This document shows, piece by piece, positions 1-9,744 of a stretch of 64,000 nt of DNA; the first letter of the stretch is position 1, and every line of letters starts with the position of its first letter. The position numbers and the translations under genes are program-made. Where the stretch lies: NCBI GenBank assembly GCA_047150005.1, contig AP038806.1, positions 1,280,001-1,344,000 on the forward strand, read 5' to 3'. Source of the stretch: Nitrospira sp. (GTDB taxonomy: Bacteria > Nitrospirota > Nitrospiria > Nitrospirales > Nitrospiraceae). The notes below the pieces were generated by a model, which saw only the letters and a program-made list of their open reading frames with translations, had not been told where the DNA came from and made no database searches.

Positions 1-775
1 CGACCGCCCGCACGTCCGCGATCTTTCCGAGCAAATCCGCCGCGGCTTCGCGCACCAGCCAATCCTCATCTTCGAGGTATTCAATCAGGATCTCCACCGC
101 CGGCCGGCCGATGCCGAGCAGGTCCACCACCGTCGCCATCCGAGCCTCCTCCCGCTCGCTGGCGCCCTCAACGTTCCGCAAAGCGTTGAACGTCTCGTCG
201 ATCCGCTCCCGGATGGCGCCAAGTTTCCTCAGCGTCCCGGCCGCGATGTCGCGGACTGCCGGCTGGCCCATTGCGTCAATGAACGCATCGACGGATCGAG
301 GATCCAGCAAGTGATCCAGCATCAACGCAGCGGTCACCTGTGCTTCGGGATCCGGATGTTTCATCATCTGGCACAGGGGCACGACGGCAGTCGGAATCGC
401 TCCGATCAGATGGGTGACGAGGCGCTTGGTTTCTCCTCCCTCGGTTTTGGGAAGCAGCGCAACCAACGCGGCCGCGGTCTCCGTATCGAGCACGCCGGCC
501 ATCTGTTCCAGCGCCGTGGCGCCCGACTTTCGCACGGCTTCCTCCCCGTCTTCCAGCAAGCTGACCAATGCCACACCGGCATGCGGGTCCTTGATCCGGG
601 CCAACATCGCCGCGGCCTCCTGTTTCAACGCGGGAGGTCCAGAATGTAGGGCTTCGATGAGGGCCTGTACCGCCTTCGGGCCTCCCGCCAAGCAAGCCGC
701 CGTCGCCCGCATGCGCCGCCAATCTTCCTCGTGGATCAGTTCGGCGACGAGCGTTTCAATACTTTCCTTCGACAT
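1..775 (-). CDS. HEAT-repeat (PBS lyase-like) protein, runs off the left edge of the window
   Basis: Manual translation from ATG at 775 (MSKESIETLVAELIHEEDWRRMRA...EDEDWLVREAAADLLGKI) shows HEAT repeats and no stop before the window edge. Not in the ORF track because it is truncated. Confidence 0.85.
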   Translation of the reverse strand, partial: MSKESIETLVAELIHEEDWRRMRATAACLAGGPKAVQALIEALHSGPPALKQEAAAMLARIKDPHAGVALVSLLEDGEEAVRKSGATALEQMAGVLDTETAAALVALLPKTEGGETKRLVTHLIGAIPTAVVPLCQMMKHPDPEAQVTAALMLDHLLDPRSVDAFIDAMGQPAVRDIAAGTLRKLGAIRERIDETFNALRNVEGASEREEARMATVVDLLGIGRPAVEILIEYLEDEDWLVREAAADLLGKIADVRAV

Positions 776-846
776 ATCGAACCACGGCTCTCGGCGGACA
801 GGTGCGTCCCTTCTCCGCGCATCCCCGCACGGACTTGACCATGTCG

Positions 847-1929
847 TTACACGCGACCTGGTCGCCACCCAACCTTCGTCAAGGTTTCGTTCACGTGAAA
901 GCGGAGATTGTCATCCGTCTCCTGCGACAGGAACGTCAGCAACGGAGCGATGACCTTGGTTCCGAAGCAAGCCAATGAGCCGGCGGCCTCTGCTCTCGTC
1001 ATCGTGTGGCGCAAGGCCTTGATCAGTGAGGGAATGGCGGCATCGTTCCCCAGAGCACCGAGCGCCCGCGCAGCGGCTCCCATCGTCACCATTTCCTCGT
1101 TCCAGTTGTCTCCGCACCCGGCGATGACGCGTGATTCTGCCGGCTGATCGGCGCCTTCCAGCACTTTGATCAGCACCGGCACCGCGCGCGGATCTCGGAT
1201 CCGACCCAGAGCTTCCACGGCCAGCAGGCGCAGCCCCGGTTCTTTTATGACCATCATCAGGAATTCGACCGCTCGACCGTCTCCGATCTGACCCAGAGCC
1301 CGTACGATATCTTCCCGAACTGCAGCATCGCGATCGTTGAACAGTGCCGACAACAACGGCTCGACCGCCGCCGGCGACTTCATTTTCCCCAGGGCTTCCA
1401 CCGCATGGAGGCGGACCAGCCAATCGGCATCTGCCAGTGCCGCGAGCAGTGAAGGGATGGCCGCATCCCCGATGGCGACCAGCGCCGACGTCGTTTCTTC
1501 GCGAACCGCCTTCACCTTGTCCTGCAGCAGCGGGATCAACCGTTCTATGGCTTCCGGATTCTTAATGCGGCCCACCGCCTTGGCGGCATGCATCCGAATG
1601 ATCCAATCCTTGTTGCCGAGAGCGGCCAAGAGCGGAGTGAGGACCCGCTCATCGGCGATGGAGGCCAGCACGGCGGCCGCAGCTTCCTGGACCGCCAGAT
1701 GGGGATCCGAAAGACAGAGTCCGAGAGCCGACACTGAGGGCGCCCCGATGGCCGTCAAGGCAGCGATCGCCGCCTCGCGCACCGCGCGATCCGAATCCCG
1801 CAACATCGACACCAACGGTACCACGGCGCGTGGGTCTCGAAGCGTCCCCAGCATCGAGGCGGCTTCCTCGCGAATAGCCCAATCCTCGTCTTTGAGCGCC
1901 GCGATCTGCTCCGCAACCGCATCAGCCAT
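847..1929 (-). CDS. HEAT-repeat (PBS lyase-like) protein
   Basis: Repeated L.D.D..VR..A..ALG.I.D.RAV units throughout 360 aa. Confidence 0.9.
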   Translation of the reverse strand: MADAVAEQIAALKDEDWAIREEAASMLGTLRDPRAVVPLVSMLRDSDRAVREAAIAALTAIGAPSVSALGLCLSDPHLAVQEAAAAVLASIADERVLTPLLAALGNKDWIIRMHAAKAVGRIKNPEAIERLIPLLQDKVKAVREETTSALVAIGDAAIPSLLAALADADWLVRLHAVEALGKMKSPAAVEPLLSALFNDRDAAVREDIVRALGQIGDGRAVEFLMMVIKEPGLRLLAVEALGRIRDPRAVPVLIKVLEGADQPAESRVIAGCGDNWNEEMVTMGAAARALGALGNDAAIPSLIKALRHTMTRAEAAGSLACFGTKVIAPLLTFLSQETDDNLRFHVNETLTKVGWRPGRV

Positions 1930-1953
1930 GATCGTTCCTATTGCGAATCAGTG

Positions 1954-1983
1954 AGCGTAACACAGCCATTTTGACAGGGTCAA
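1954..1983 (-). promoter_or_regulatory. Putative sigma70 promoter of HEAT gene
   Basis: TTGACC-N18-TACGCT with TG extension on minus strand, 25 nt upstream of ATG. Confidence 0.45.
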
Positions 1984-2058
1984 CGGAACCAGACGCCGAA
2001 CAGATTGACTCCGAGAATCGCGCCCCGATAACATCGTTCGTCCGGGTATCTGCACGAT

Positions 2059-2080
2059 CATGACCATTTCATGACCATTT
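2059..2080 (+). promoter_or_regulatory. 11-bp direct repeat, candidate regulator box
   Basis: CATGACCATTT twice in tandem, between a TTGACT-N18-TAACAT promoter candidate and the AGGAGG RBS of the 2100 gene. Confidence 0.5.
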
Positions 2081-2099
2081 GCTCTGACAGGAGGCTCCT

Positions 2100-3350
2100 A
2101 TGGATCTCCATCGCTTGCCAATGCCGAGATACGGGCTGCGCACCTTCGTGCTGTTCTGTCTGATCAGCGGAACCGGTATCAGGTCTGCCAACGGCTACGA
2201 GGTCTGGTTGACCGATCAATCGGACACCGGAAAGGAGAGCGGAGGATTTCTCTACATCTATGACGGCGCACAGTTAGCGGCCAATCCGTCCGCCGCCCAA
2301 CCGGCCCATACGATCGACTTTGCCGGAGATATCGGGAAGTTTTGCGAGGAGGCCACCAAAAAGCCCGTCCGGCGCCCGCATATGTTGTTCTTTAACGAGA
2401 AGCAGGACCATGTGCTGATCTCGTTCCTGAGCGGCCAGGTTCTGATCATGGACGCCGTCACGAAAAAACCGGAAGCCTGTCTGTCGATGGGGAAGAACGT
2501 CCACGCGGCCTGGCCGACTCCGAACGACAAGATGGCCATTGCCGCCAACATCGCCGAGAAGAAATTCATTCGAATCTGGACGGATTATGCGGCGCACAAG
2601 TTCAGCTTCGACCCAGACAAGGACGTGCTCAATCTAGGCGGGTTGGAAAGCGGCGAACGGCCGGATACGGCTCCTATTTGCCCGATTACCGAGTCCTCCA
2701 GCAAATACGCTTTCGTTACGTTGAGGGGAGGAGGGCTGATCGTCGTAGACGTCACCACTACCCCAATGACGGTCGTCGCAACGCTCGACAACAACCAGGT
2801 GCATCCGGCCGGTTGCGGAGGGATCGAAGCGGACGGGACGATGTATATCAATTCAGGAGGCGGCTGGCCGATTGCTCCCCTCTCGTATGACGTCTACGCC
2901 CTCGACACGACGAATCTGCCGAAGTCCGTTTCGGCGAAACTCTTGTCGCAGCGTGACAATCGATTTGCCGATTCCCACGGGATGGCGGCCGTCGGGCGCT
3001 ACGTCTGGAGCGCGGATCGGGCAGGCAACAACATTGAGATCATCGACACGCTCAGCAATTTGAGTGTCGGCTCGGTCGATCTGGTCTCCGACGCCAACAG
3101 CGACCCGGCTCCGGATCTGATGGATGTCGCTCCGGACAAACAATACGTCTTTGTGGGATTGCGGGGCCCCACTCCGTTGACCGGGAACGACAAGACCGCC
3201 AACAACGCCAAGGGAACGATTCCCGGCGTCGGGGTGATCCATGTCGATGCGGGAGGAAAGGTCGGTCACTACAAGGGGCAAGCTGCCATCACGAACATGA
3301 AGGACGGAAAGGAAACGGCCGACACACACGGCATCGCCGTGAGACGCTAG
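2100..3350 (+). CDS. Secreted beta-propeller (YVTN/YncE-like) protein
   Basis: Signal-like N-terminus, AGGAGG RBS, blade-like repeats (YAFVTLRGGGLIVVD, YVWSADRAGNNIEIIDT, APDLMDVAPDKQYVFV). Confidence 0.75.
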   Translation: MDLHRLPMPRYGLRTFVLFCLISGTGIRSANGYEVWLTDQSDTGKESGGFLYIYDGAQLAANPSAAQPAHTIDFAGDIGKFCEEATKKPVRRPHMLFFNEKQDHVLISFLSGQVLIMDAVTKKPEACLSMGKNVHAAWPTPNDKMAIAANIAEKKFIRIWTDYAAHKFSFDPDKDVLNLGGLESGERPDTAPICPITESSSKYAFVTLRGGGLIVVDVTTTPMTVVATLDNNQVHPAGCGGIEADGTMYINSGGGWPIAPLSYDVYALDTTNLPKSVSAKLLSQRDNRFADSHGMAAVGRYVWSADRAGNNIEIIDTLSNLSVGSVDLVSDANSDPAPDLMDVAPDKQYVFVGLRGPTPLTGNDKTANNAKGTIPGVGVIHVDAGGKVGHYKGQAAITNMKDGKETADTHGIAVRR

Positions 3351-3399
3351 CATCACGCTCGTATGGTCGGAGGTCCGAAGACGACCACCCGGCGTGATG
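3351..3399. terminator. Hairpin between convergent genes
   Basis: CATCACGC/GCGTGATG and TGGTCG/CGACCA paired arms immediately after the stop codon. Confidence 0.45.
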
Positions 3400-3458
3400 G
3401 CGGGGACACGAAAGCGTGTGACGTCCGCGCAATTTCGCCATGTGGGCGGGAGCAGAAT

Positions 3459-4826
3459 TCAGCTGCTGCCTTTGGCGAAATCTCCCGACGGCCCGAACCT
3501 GCCGCCGGCCCCAAGCGGGAGATCGACCCGCGCATTGTCTACGTTGCTGGAATCGACCGCCGAATCTTCCTGAGGCAAGGTCCACCCGAGCTTCTCCAGC
3601 GTCTCCATCACCAGTTGCCGCAACGCATCTTTGGCGCTGAGACGGACCGACGCATAGGACAGGACTCGCTCGCCTTCCGACGCGACCTCGGACGCCTTCG
3701 GGTCGTACAAGAAGGCGATCAAGGGTTCGATGGCGGTGTCGCCGATCGCGGCCAATGCCGCGCTGGCCTTCTCGCGCAACACGCCGTCCTTCAGCAACAT
3801 GATCAAATCGGGGATGACCCGGGGATCGCGAAACTGTCCCAATGCCGTGGCGGCTGCTTCCTTGATGAACGCGTCCTCGCTGACGATGCACCCGGGAGTC
3901 GGCGTGCCGTCCTGCCGAATCCCCTTTCCTTTCAGCGCGTCGAGCACAGGAGGGAGGGCTCGCGGGTCGCCGATCATGCCGAGCGACGCGATCGCATGCC
4001 GTTTGACCGCACCATCCTTCATCGCCTCGATCAGCGCCTCGATCGCGCGAGGATCGCCGATCATGCCGAGCGCGATGGTCGCATCCTCGCGCACGGCGCG
4101 GTCCGGATCCTTGAGGGCAGCGATGAGGGCCTCGACGACCTTGGGTTCCCTCACCCAGGTCCTGCCGATTTGGTAGTCGGTCGTCATGCCCCCCAAGGCG
4201 CGCGCTGCATGGCAGCGGACGACAAAATCCTTATCGGCAAAACATGCAATGAGCGGATCCACGGACGGCGGCCCGATATAGACGAGCGCGGTCCCCGCTG
4301 TCTCTCGGACGATCTTGGACGTGTCGCGGAACAGCTTGATCAGGGCGGGGACGGCTTTCGGGTCGCCGATCTTTCCCAGAGCCTCCGCTGCGGCGCTCTT
4401 CACGGCTCCGTCGCGGTCACGGCAGGCGACCATTAAGGCGTCGACGGCCCTGGGATCCCGAATTTCACCGCAAGTCTTGGCTGCATGCTCTCGGACACGC
4501 CACCGCTCGTCCTTCAACCCCGCAAGCATCCGATCCAGCACGGCGGCTCCCATGCGGGCGGCCGATTCCACGGCTTGGTTGCGAACTTCCATGATCGGAT
4601 CGTCGAACAGAGCCACCAGCGCCTCGAAGACCTTTTGACCGCCGAGCTTCGCAATCCCGCAGGCAGCGTGGGCGCGAACGGACCAGTATTCGTCCCTGCA
4701 GGCGCCGATCAGCGCCTCCAAGCCTTTGGGATCGGCCAACTCCGCCAAGGCCTTCGCCGCTTCCTCGCGCGTGGCGTCGTCCACGTCCTCGAGCGCATCC
4801 AACAGTAGTTCCAATGTCTGAGCCAT
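3459..4826 (-). CDS. HEAT-repeat (PBS lyase-like) protein
   Basis: Many HEAT repeats. Start placed at MAQTLELL (4826) after an AAAGGA RBS rather than at 4895. Confidence 0.9.
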   Translation of the reverse strand: MAQTLELLLDALEDVDDATREEAAKALAELADPKGLEALIGACRDEYWSVRAHAACGIAKLGGQKVFEALVALFDDPIMEVRNQAVESAARMGAAVLDRMLAGLKDERWRVREHAAKTCGEIRDPRAVDALMVACRDRDGAVKSAAAEALGKIGDPKAVPALIKLFRDTSKIVRETAGTALVYIGPPSVDPLIACFADKDFVVRCHAARALGGMTTDYQIGRTWVREPKVVEALIAALKDPDRAVREDATIALGMIGDPRAIEALIEAMKDGAVKRHAIASLGMIGDPRALPPVLDALKGKGIRQDGTPTPGCIVSEDAFIKEAAATALGQFRDPRVIPDLIMLLKDGVLREKASAALAAIGDTAIEPLIAFLYDPKASEVASEGERVLSYASVRLSAKDALRQLVMETLEKLGWTLPQEDSAVDSSNVDNARVDLPLGAGGRFGPSGDFAKGSS

Positions 4827-4940
4827 GACGATTCCTTTATCCCACGGGTGTGGAAGGTGGTTCGCTCCGCATGAGCCCGCTAGGTCGTCGCGCAATCATG
4901 ATGGACGGCAAGGTCCGACGCCTGATCATCCCGTTCCGCC

Positions 4941-5348
4941 TCAGTACTTGTAATCGGGCTCTCCCCCGTGCGGATACGTCCGTTTACAGCGTACATGCAA
5001 TGTTTGCGTGCCCCGCCCGCCCACACACTGGTCCAGGGATGCCGCGAACTCGATCTTCCCTTCCAGATTGACCGAGAACGGAAAATCAAACGTAAAACTC
5101 ACGAACTTATACTTGCCCGGCTTCAGCGCCAGCGTACGCTTGTCCGTCGTCTTGTACGCGTCCATCGATTCCGGATCCGAATTGTAGATCGACGGCGTGA
5201 CGCCGGGGACCTGCCACCAGGACGGAGGATCCAACACGGTTGCGTCGATCGTGATCGGATGCTCGGTCGTATACGCTGCCGGCGGCCCGGCCTCTGCCGC
5301 GGCACACCACAGCAGCACACCTCCCGCCAGGCTCGAGAGCCACCCCAT
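4941..5348 (-). CDS. Small secreted hypothetical protein (start uncertain)
   Basis: Signal peptide MGWLSSLAGGVLLWCAAAEA, beta-rich body, Cys pair near the C-terminus. Confidence 0.65.
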   Translation of the reverse strand: MGWLSSLAGGVLLWCAAAEAGPPAAYTTEHPITIDATVLDPPSWWQVPGVTPSIYNSDPESMDAYKTTDKRTLALKPGKYKFVSFTFDFPFSVNLEGKIEFAASLDQCVGGRGTQTLHVRCKRTYPHGGEPDYKY

Positions 5349-5394
5349 GCCGAGACCACACTTCGCGCTGATATTCGCGGGGCACGTCATCGTG

Positions 5395-6408
5395 TTACTG
5401 AGGTACGCTCGAATTCGGCTCGGCCGGGACGAAGGCATACTGGAAAATTTCTTCTACCGAGCGGCTCTCCCATTCCGTATGAGTTTGCAACCCCAGGCTG
5501 CGCATCACCGTCGCCCCGGTATCGATGATCGACACGGGCTGATGAATGGCATGCCCCTGCTTGATGCCGACTCCGGAGGCGATCCAGGGGACGATCGGCG
5601 TCACGCCGTCCGCTTCTTTCTGACTCGCGTCCCTGCCTTCCTCGCTCAACGACGTGACGAATATGGTCGTGCGCTTCAAGAGCCCCTGCTCCTTGTACAG
5701 GTCGAGAACGGAGGCCATCGCTTTGTCTACCGTCCGCAGCGCTTCGCGATATTCCTTCGATTCCCAGCCGCGGGCCGCGCCGACCCGACCGGCTTCCGGA
5801 AGATGCACGACCAAGAAATGCGGCAGCGACAGGATCGCATGGCCGTATCCATGGCCGCTGGTCGCCTTCTTGAAATACTGCTTGATATAGGACACCACTC
5901 GATCCGGATTACACTCCGGCTTCAGCGGTCCGCACATCTGATAGTCGGTATACGGCTCCGGCCTGGCGAGCTGATAGAGGGCCTCGTCCATGAAAAAGAT
6001 CGCGCTGTCGCGGCCGCCGCTCAGGTCAAGATAGTCGAAGACGCTGGGAGCCCGCGGATAACCGCGGCTGAACTCAAAGACATTCCATGTAATGCCGTGC
6101 TTTTCGACGGGCATGCCGGTGATCAACGACGCCATGGTCGGCAGACGCAGCGCTGGCTTGACCGAGGTGGCAGACCATGTCACCGAGCCTTCCTTGACCA
6201 GGCGGTTCAGGGTCGGCATCGTGCCGCCGGTGAGCGAATGGTGACTGAACCCTTCCAACACGAACAGGATCACGTGTTCGGTGAGAGGGGCGGGCGGAGG
6301 CGTCCCGGGCACCGGGGATGCTCCTGACGGCTTTGAGGTCGCGGAAGCCGTTTCAAGAACGAACAGTGCCAGAGCGACACCGATCAAGAGGATTTTCGAG
6401 TAGGACAT
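5395..6408 (-). CDS. Alkaline phosphatase/nucleotide pyrophosphatase superfamily protein, probably catalytically degenerate
   Basis: Signal peptide; HVILFVLEG, TMPTLNRLVKEG, LPTMASLITGMPVEKHGI, VPWIASGVGIK and SIIDTGATV match the AlkP/NPP scaffold. Confidence 0.8.
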   Translation of the reverse strand: MSYSKILLIGVALALFVLETASATSKPSGASPVPGTPPPAPLTEHVILFVLEGFSHHSLTGGTMPTLNRLVKEGSVTWSATSVKPALRLPTMASLITGMPVEKHGITWNVFEFSRGYPRAPSVFDYLDLSGGRDSAIFFMDEALYQLARPEPYTDYQMCGPLKPECNPDRVVSYIKQYFKKATSGHGYGHAILSLPHFLVVHLPEAGRVGAARGWESKEYREALRTVDKAMASVLDLYKEQGLLKRTTIFVTSLSEEGRDASQKEADGVTPIVPWIASGVGIKQGHAIHQPVSIIDTGATVMRSLGLQTHTEWESRSVEEIFQYAFVPAEPNSSVPQ

Positions 6409-6614
6409 GATGAGAGTTTCGCCTCCTGAGATTCAAAAAGGAAAATGGTACCTTAGCACGCGAATTTTCAGGAAGGCAAGCCGGCGAGGCGGGCGCCGGG
6501 ATCCCTGCGGCACGGCTTTCCTAACGGCCTTCCGGGTGTTATGCTCAACCCGTTCGGAGCCTTCTGACGCTTCCTCTGCCGTGAAGCCCCAGTCTGGGTG
6601 ATCGAGGTGACGCC

Positions 6615-7868
6615 ATGACCGCTCGCCCAACGCGTTGGCCCCCTCGGCTTTCCCTCTTCATGTTCCCTGTTCTTGCCTTCCCGATCATCATGCCCCCTTC
6701 GGCGTCGGCCGAAATCCGACTGGCCGTTTCACAAGGGGAACATCGGATGGGAGACCGGGACACCAGGGAAGCATCGGTCCGGCTGGCAACCGAAGCCGCC
6801 AAGCGAGATGCGTTGGAACAAGTCGCAACGTATCTGGAAAGCGTCACCGTGGTAGAGGACATGACCATCACCCGTGATGAGATCAGAACCTACACGGCCG
6901 GACTGGTCGTGGTCCTCGATCAGCAGACGAGTCTGGCGCTCGACGGCGACACCGTGGTGGTCAGCGTGGGTCTCACCGCCCAGATTGATACGGAAGAAGT
7001 GGCCCTGGCCCTCATGGCGCTCCGTGAACACGCGGATGCCCGGCATCAGCTCGATGCACTCCGACTCGAGAACGACGGTCTCCATCGGGATTTGGTCGAG
7101 ATCAATCAGATGCTGGCGCAGTCTTCGTCCATCGATCAAGCTCAACAGATCAGCCGGCAGCGACAGGACATCCTGAACCGCGCGCAATCGAATGCGCTGG
7201 TCTCACAAGCATGGACTGACTGGGTGCTGATCGGGCCGGCGGCGTACCCTGCCGGATGGGGCGGCGGCACCGGAGGATCGCACACCCTCGCTCTCTTAAA
7301 TGCCGCGCGGGTGCTGTCCCCCGAGAGCCCACATGTTCAGCGGGCGCAGGGGATGATCACCGTCGTCCAGCCGGCCGGCGTGCCTGCGCCGCCGATTGTC
7401 TCGCGCCAAATCGCCGCCACTTCGGCACAGAGCCCGCCGGTCCCACGGATGCTCAACGAGATCACTCGCGCCGCACCGACCGTCGGCTCGCTCGCCGCCG
7501 GGTCTCCCGAATCCATCCAAGGCCACCGGGGTTTCCCCCTGCCCACCTCCAGGACGTTCACCGGCATCCGTCCGCTCAACCCGCTCGTGCCAGGTCCGGA
7601 GGACCGGTCTGCTGGCGTGGCGCCTCGAGGGACACCATCGGCTTCTCGGTCTGTTCACGTCCTTCAGCAATTCTTGCAACCTCCGCCGACGATCTTCGGA
7701 TTCCCTTCTCTGTCAAAACCGTCTGCCGAACGATTTCCTCCGGTCCTCAATAGGACGGCCCCCCGTACACAACAGATCCCGCGGATCGAATCACGGCCAG
7801 TCGCCGGAGGAGGGCGAGGTACTGGACGCGCCGCTCCGGCAGCTCGAAGCGGCGGGAACGGGAGGTAA
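6615..7868 (+). CDS. Exported protein with LPP20/FlgT-N-like N-terminal domain, coiled coil and Pro-rich tail
   Basis: ATEAAKRDALEQVATYLESVT...DEIRTYTAGLVVV motif, heptad region, low-complexity C-terminus. Confidence 0.6.
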   Translation: MTARPTRWPPRLSLFMFPVLAFPIIMPPSASAEIRLAVSQGEHRMGDRDTREASVRLATEAAKRDALEQVATYLESVTVVEDMTITRDEIRTYTAGLVVVLDQQTSLALDGDTVVVSVGLTAQIDTEEVALALMALREHADARHQLDALRLENDGLHRDLVEINQMLAQSSSIDQAQQISRQRQDILNRAQSNALVSQAWTDWVLIGPAAYPAGWGGGTGGSHTLALLNAARVLSPESPHVQRAQGMITVVQPAGVPAPPIVSRQIAATSAQSPPVPRMLNEITRAAPTVGSLAAGSPESIQGHRGFPLPTSRTFTGIRPLNPLVPGPEDRSAGVAPRGTPSASRSVHVLQQFLQPPPTIFGFPSLSKPSAERFPPVLNRTAPRTQQIPRIESRPVAGGGRGTGRAAPAARSGGNGR

Positions 7869-7875
7869 GGCGGCG

Positions 7876-8412
7876 ATGGGAAACAGGCCGGTCTGCCTGG
7901 TCGGCATCTTCAGCCTCGTGGCCTGGGCCTTCTTCCTATGGTCGGTAGAAGCTGGTGCGCTCGATCAGGACGACGTCCGGTCCCATGCCGAGCAATCGCT
8001 CAGTCGCCTCCCGCCGCCGACCAGCCCGGCTCCGTCACGCCGCAACCAGGAGGCCACGTACCCTCCGGACCAGTACCTGATCGGCACCGGTCAAGGCGAC
8101 ATGGCCAAGGGAGCGAGCGTTTGCCGGCGAGTTTCGGAACTGTCGGCGCGGACTGAAATTGCCAAACAGATCCGTATCCTGGTAAAGGAACACATGGTGG
8201 ACCGGTTGCGAGAACGGAACGGCCATGAGGCCGATCAAGACATCGAGCTCACTCGCGAGGAAATCGTACAGGAATATCTTCAAGGCGTGATGATCGTTGA
8301 CCGGCAGATCGACGAGGCCTCCCACACCTGCTCCGCCACCGCCGTCATGTCGAAAAAATATCTGCAGGCCACTCCGACGCATCCCGAGTCCTCGCCGGCC
8401 CTCTCCCGCTGA
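7876..8412 (+). CDS. LPP20-like exported protein
   Basis: Start MGNRPVCLVGIFSL 7 nt after the previous stop; YLIGTGQG...SELSARTEIAKQIRILVKE motif. Confidence 0.65.
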   Translation: MGNRPVCLVGIFSLVAWAFFLWSVEAGALDQDDVRSHAEQSLSRLPPPTSPAPSRRNQEATYPPDQYLIGTGQGDMAKGASVCRRVSELSARTEIAKQIRILVKEHMVDRLRERNGHEADQDIELTREEIVQEYLQGVMIVDRQIDEASHTCSATAVMSKKYLQATPTHPESSPALSR

Positions 8413-8472
8413 AGGACATCAGCAGCTTCGGCACGTTGCACTCCGGTCTCCTCTTCGGGTAGATAGCTGCCC

Positions 8473-9744
8473 ATGGCCATTGAAAACAATTTCCAGCACG
8501 ACGAACTGTCGCGCAAGAGCCCCGGAACCAGACTGACGACCGCCGAGTTGACGACCGCGCCGACACCGGAGACTCCGGCCTGGACGGAGTCGATGGCCGA
8601 ACACGGCGTGCATTTTTCCGGGGCGGGGGTGAAAGCCGTCGTCTTTGTGCACGGCTCGGTCCACGGAACGGACCTCTTCGGCGTGCAGCGACTGGACCAC
8701 GTCGGCGGTTTGAAACGAGGCTATTCGCGCGGCGTCTCCGGGCTCGATGCCTTGCTTGCCGCCATGCGCCCGGAAAGCAACGGTATTCCACCCCTGCCGA
8801 ATGGCCTCACTCCCCCGCTCCGCGACGACGCTCCGACCCGGCACGTGCTCGACCACCAGGTGAAAGACGCGGGGAATTTCACAGAAGCCGACGTCAATCT
8901 CTATGCCAAGGCCGTCAACCGGTCGGTCCCCGAATCCATTTCGTGCCAGCGGCAGCTGTGGACCTCGGAACACCATCATCTGGGCCGCGCCATCGCCGCG
9001 GTCCGTCTGCTCGACTCATTGCGAACACTCGCGATGCAACAGCGTCTGACCACCGGACACCGCGTACTGATCCAGGCGCATGGGCAGGCCGGATTGGTCC
9101 TCGCGCTGGCATCGAATTTCCTTTGTCCAAGTCCCGTCACGGGACGACCTGCATTGCTCGGGATTCTCTCCGGCTATGCCGCACAGGCCGGGTTGGCGGA
9201 TCTTGCGGCCGCGACCACCCGAATAGGGCCTCACCTTGAATCAGGCTCCTTGTTGAACGGCGCGACCGCGGACGTCGTGACGTTCGGAACCCCGGTCCGG
9301 TACGGCTGGGATCCATCGGGACTTGGCGCCCTCCTGCACGTGGTGAATCACCGTAATCTGCGGACCGATGGCAAAGCCTGGCTTTCAAAAATGGAACTGC
9401 CCCAGATCACCATGGAAATGCCAATTGCATGGGGAGGCGATTATGTGCAGGAGCTCGCCGTCGCGGGCAGCGATGCGTTGCCGTCGACGGAATTGGCGAC
9501 CGCCGCCAACAAGGCGATTTGGGAGTTGGTCGAACCCTACGACGGGTTCGAGCGGTGGCTTGAATGTGCACGCCGGGCGGTGCGCTTTCCTGGTGAAGGG
9601 CAATGTCTGCTGGTCGATTACAAAGATTCCTCGGGCTCGACCAATCCGCGGGATCATTACTACGGCCATGCGGCCTATACGCGTCGCGATGCGATGCTCT
9701 TCAACACCGCGCAGATTGTGAAGCTGCTGTACGGCTCGCCCTAG
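8473..9744 (+). CDS. Alpha/beta-hydrolase-fold hypothetical protein
   Basis: VVFVHGS, VLIQAHGQAG (nucleophile-elbow position), DVVTFGTP, C-terminal GHAAY. Confidence 0.65.
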   Translation: MAIENNFQHDELSRKSPGTRLTTAELTTAPTPETPAWTESMAEHGVHFSGAGVKAVVFVHGSVHGTDLFGVQRLDHVGGLKRGYSRGVSGLDALLAAMRPESNGIPPLPNGLTPPLRDDAPTRHVLDHQVKDAGNFTEADVNLYAKAVNRSVPESISCQRQLWTSEHHHLGRAIAAVRLLDSLRTLAMQQRLTTGHRVLIQAHGQAGLVLALASNFLCPSPVTGRPALLGILSGYAAQAGLADLAAATTRIGPHLESGSLLNGATADVVTFGTPVRYGWDPSGLGALLHVVNHRNLRTDGKAWLSKMELPQITMEMPIAWGGDYVQELAVAGSDALPSTELATAANKAIWELVEPYDGFERWLECARRAVRFPGEGQCLLVDYKDSSGSTNPRDHYYGHAAYTRRDAMLFNTAQIVKLLYGSP

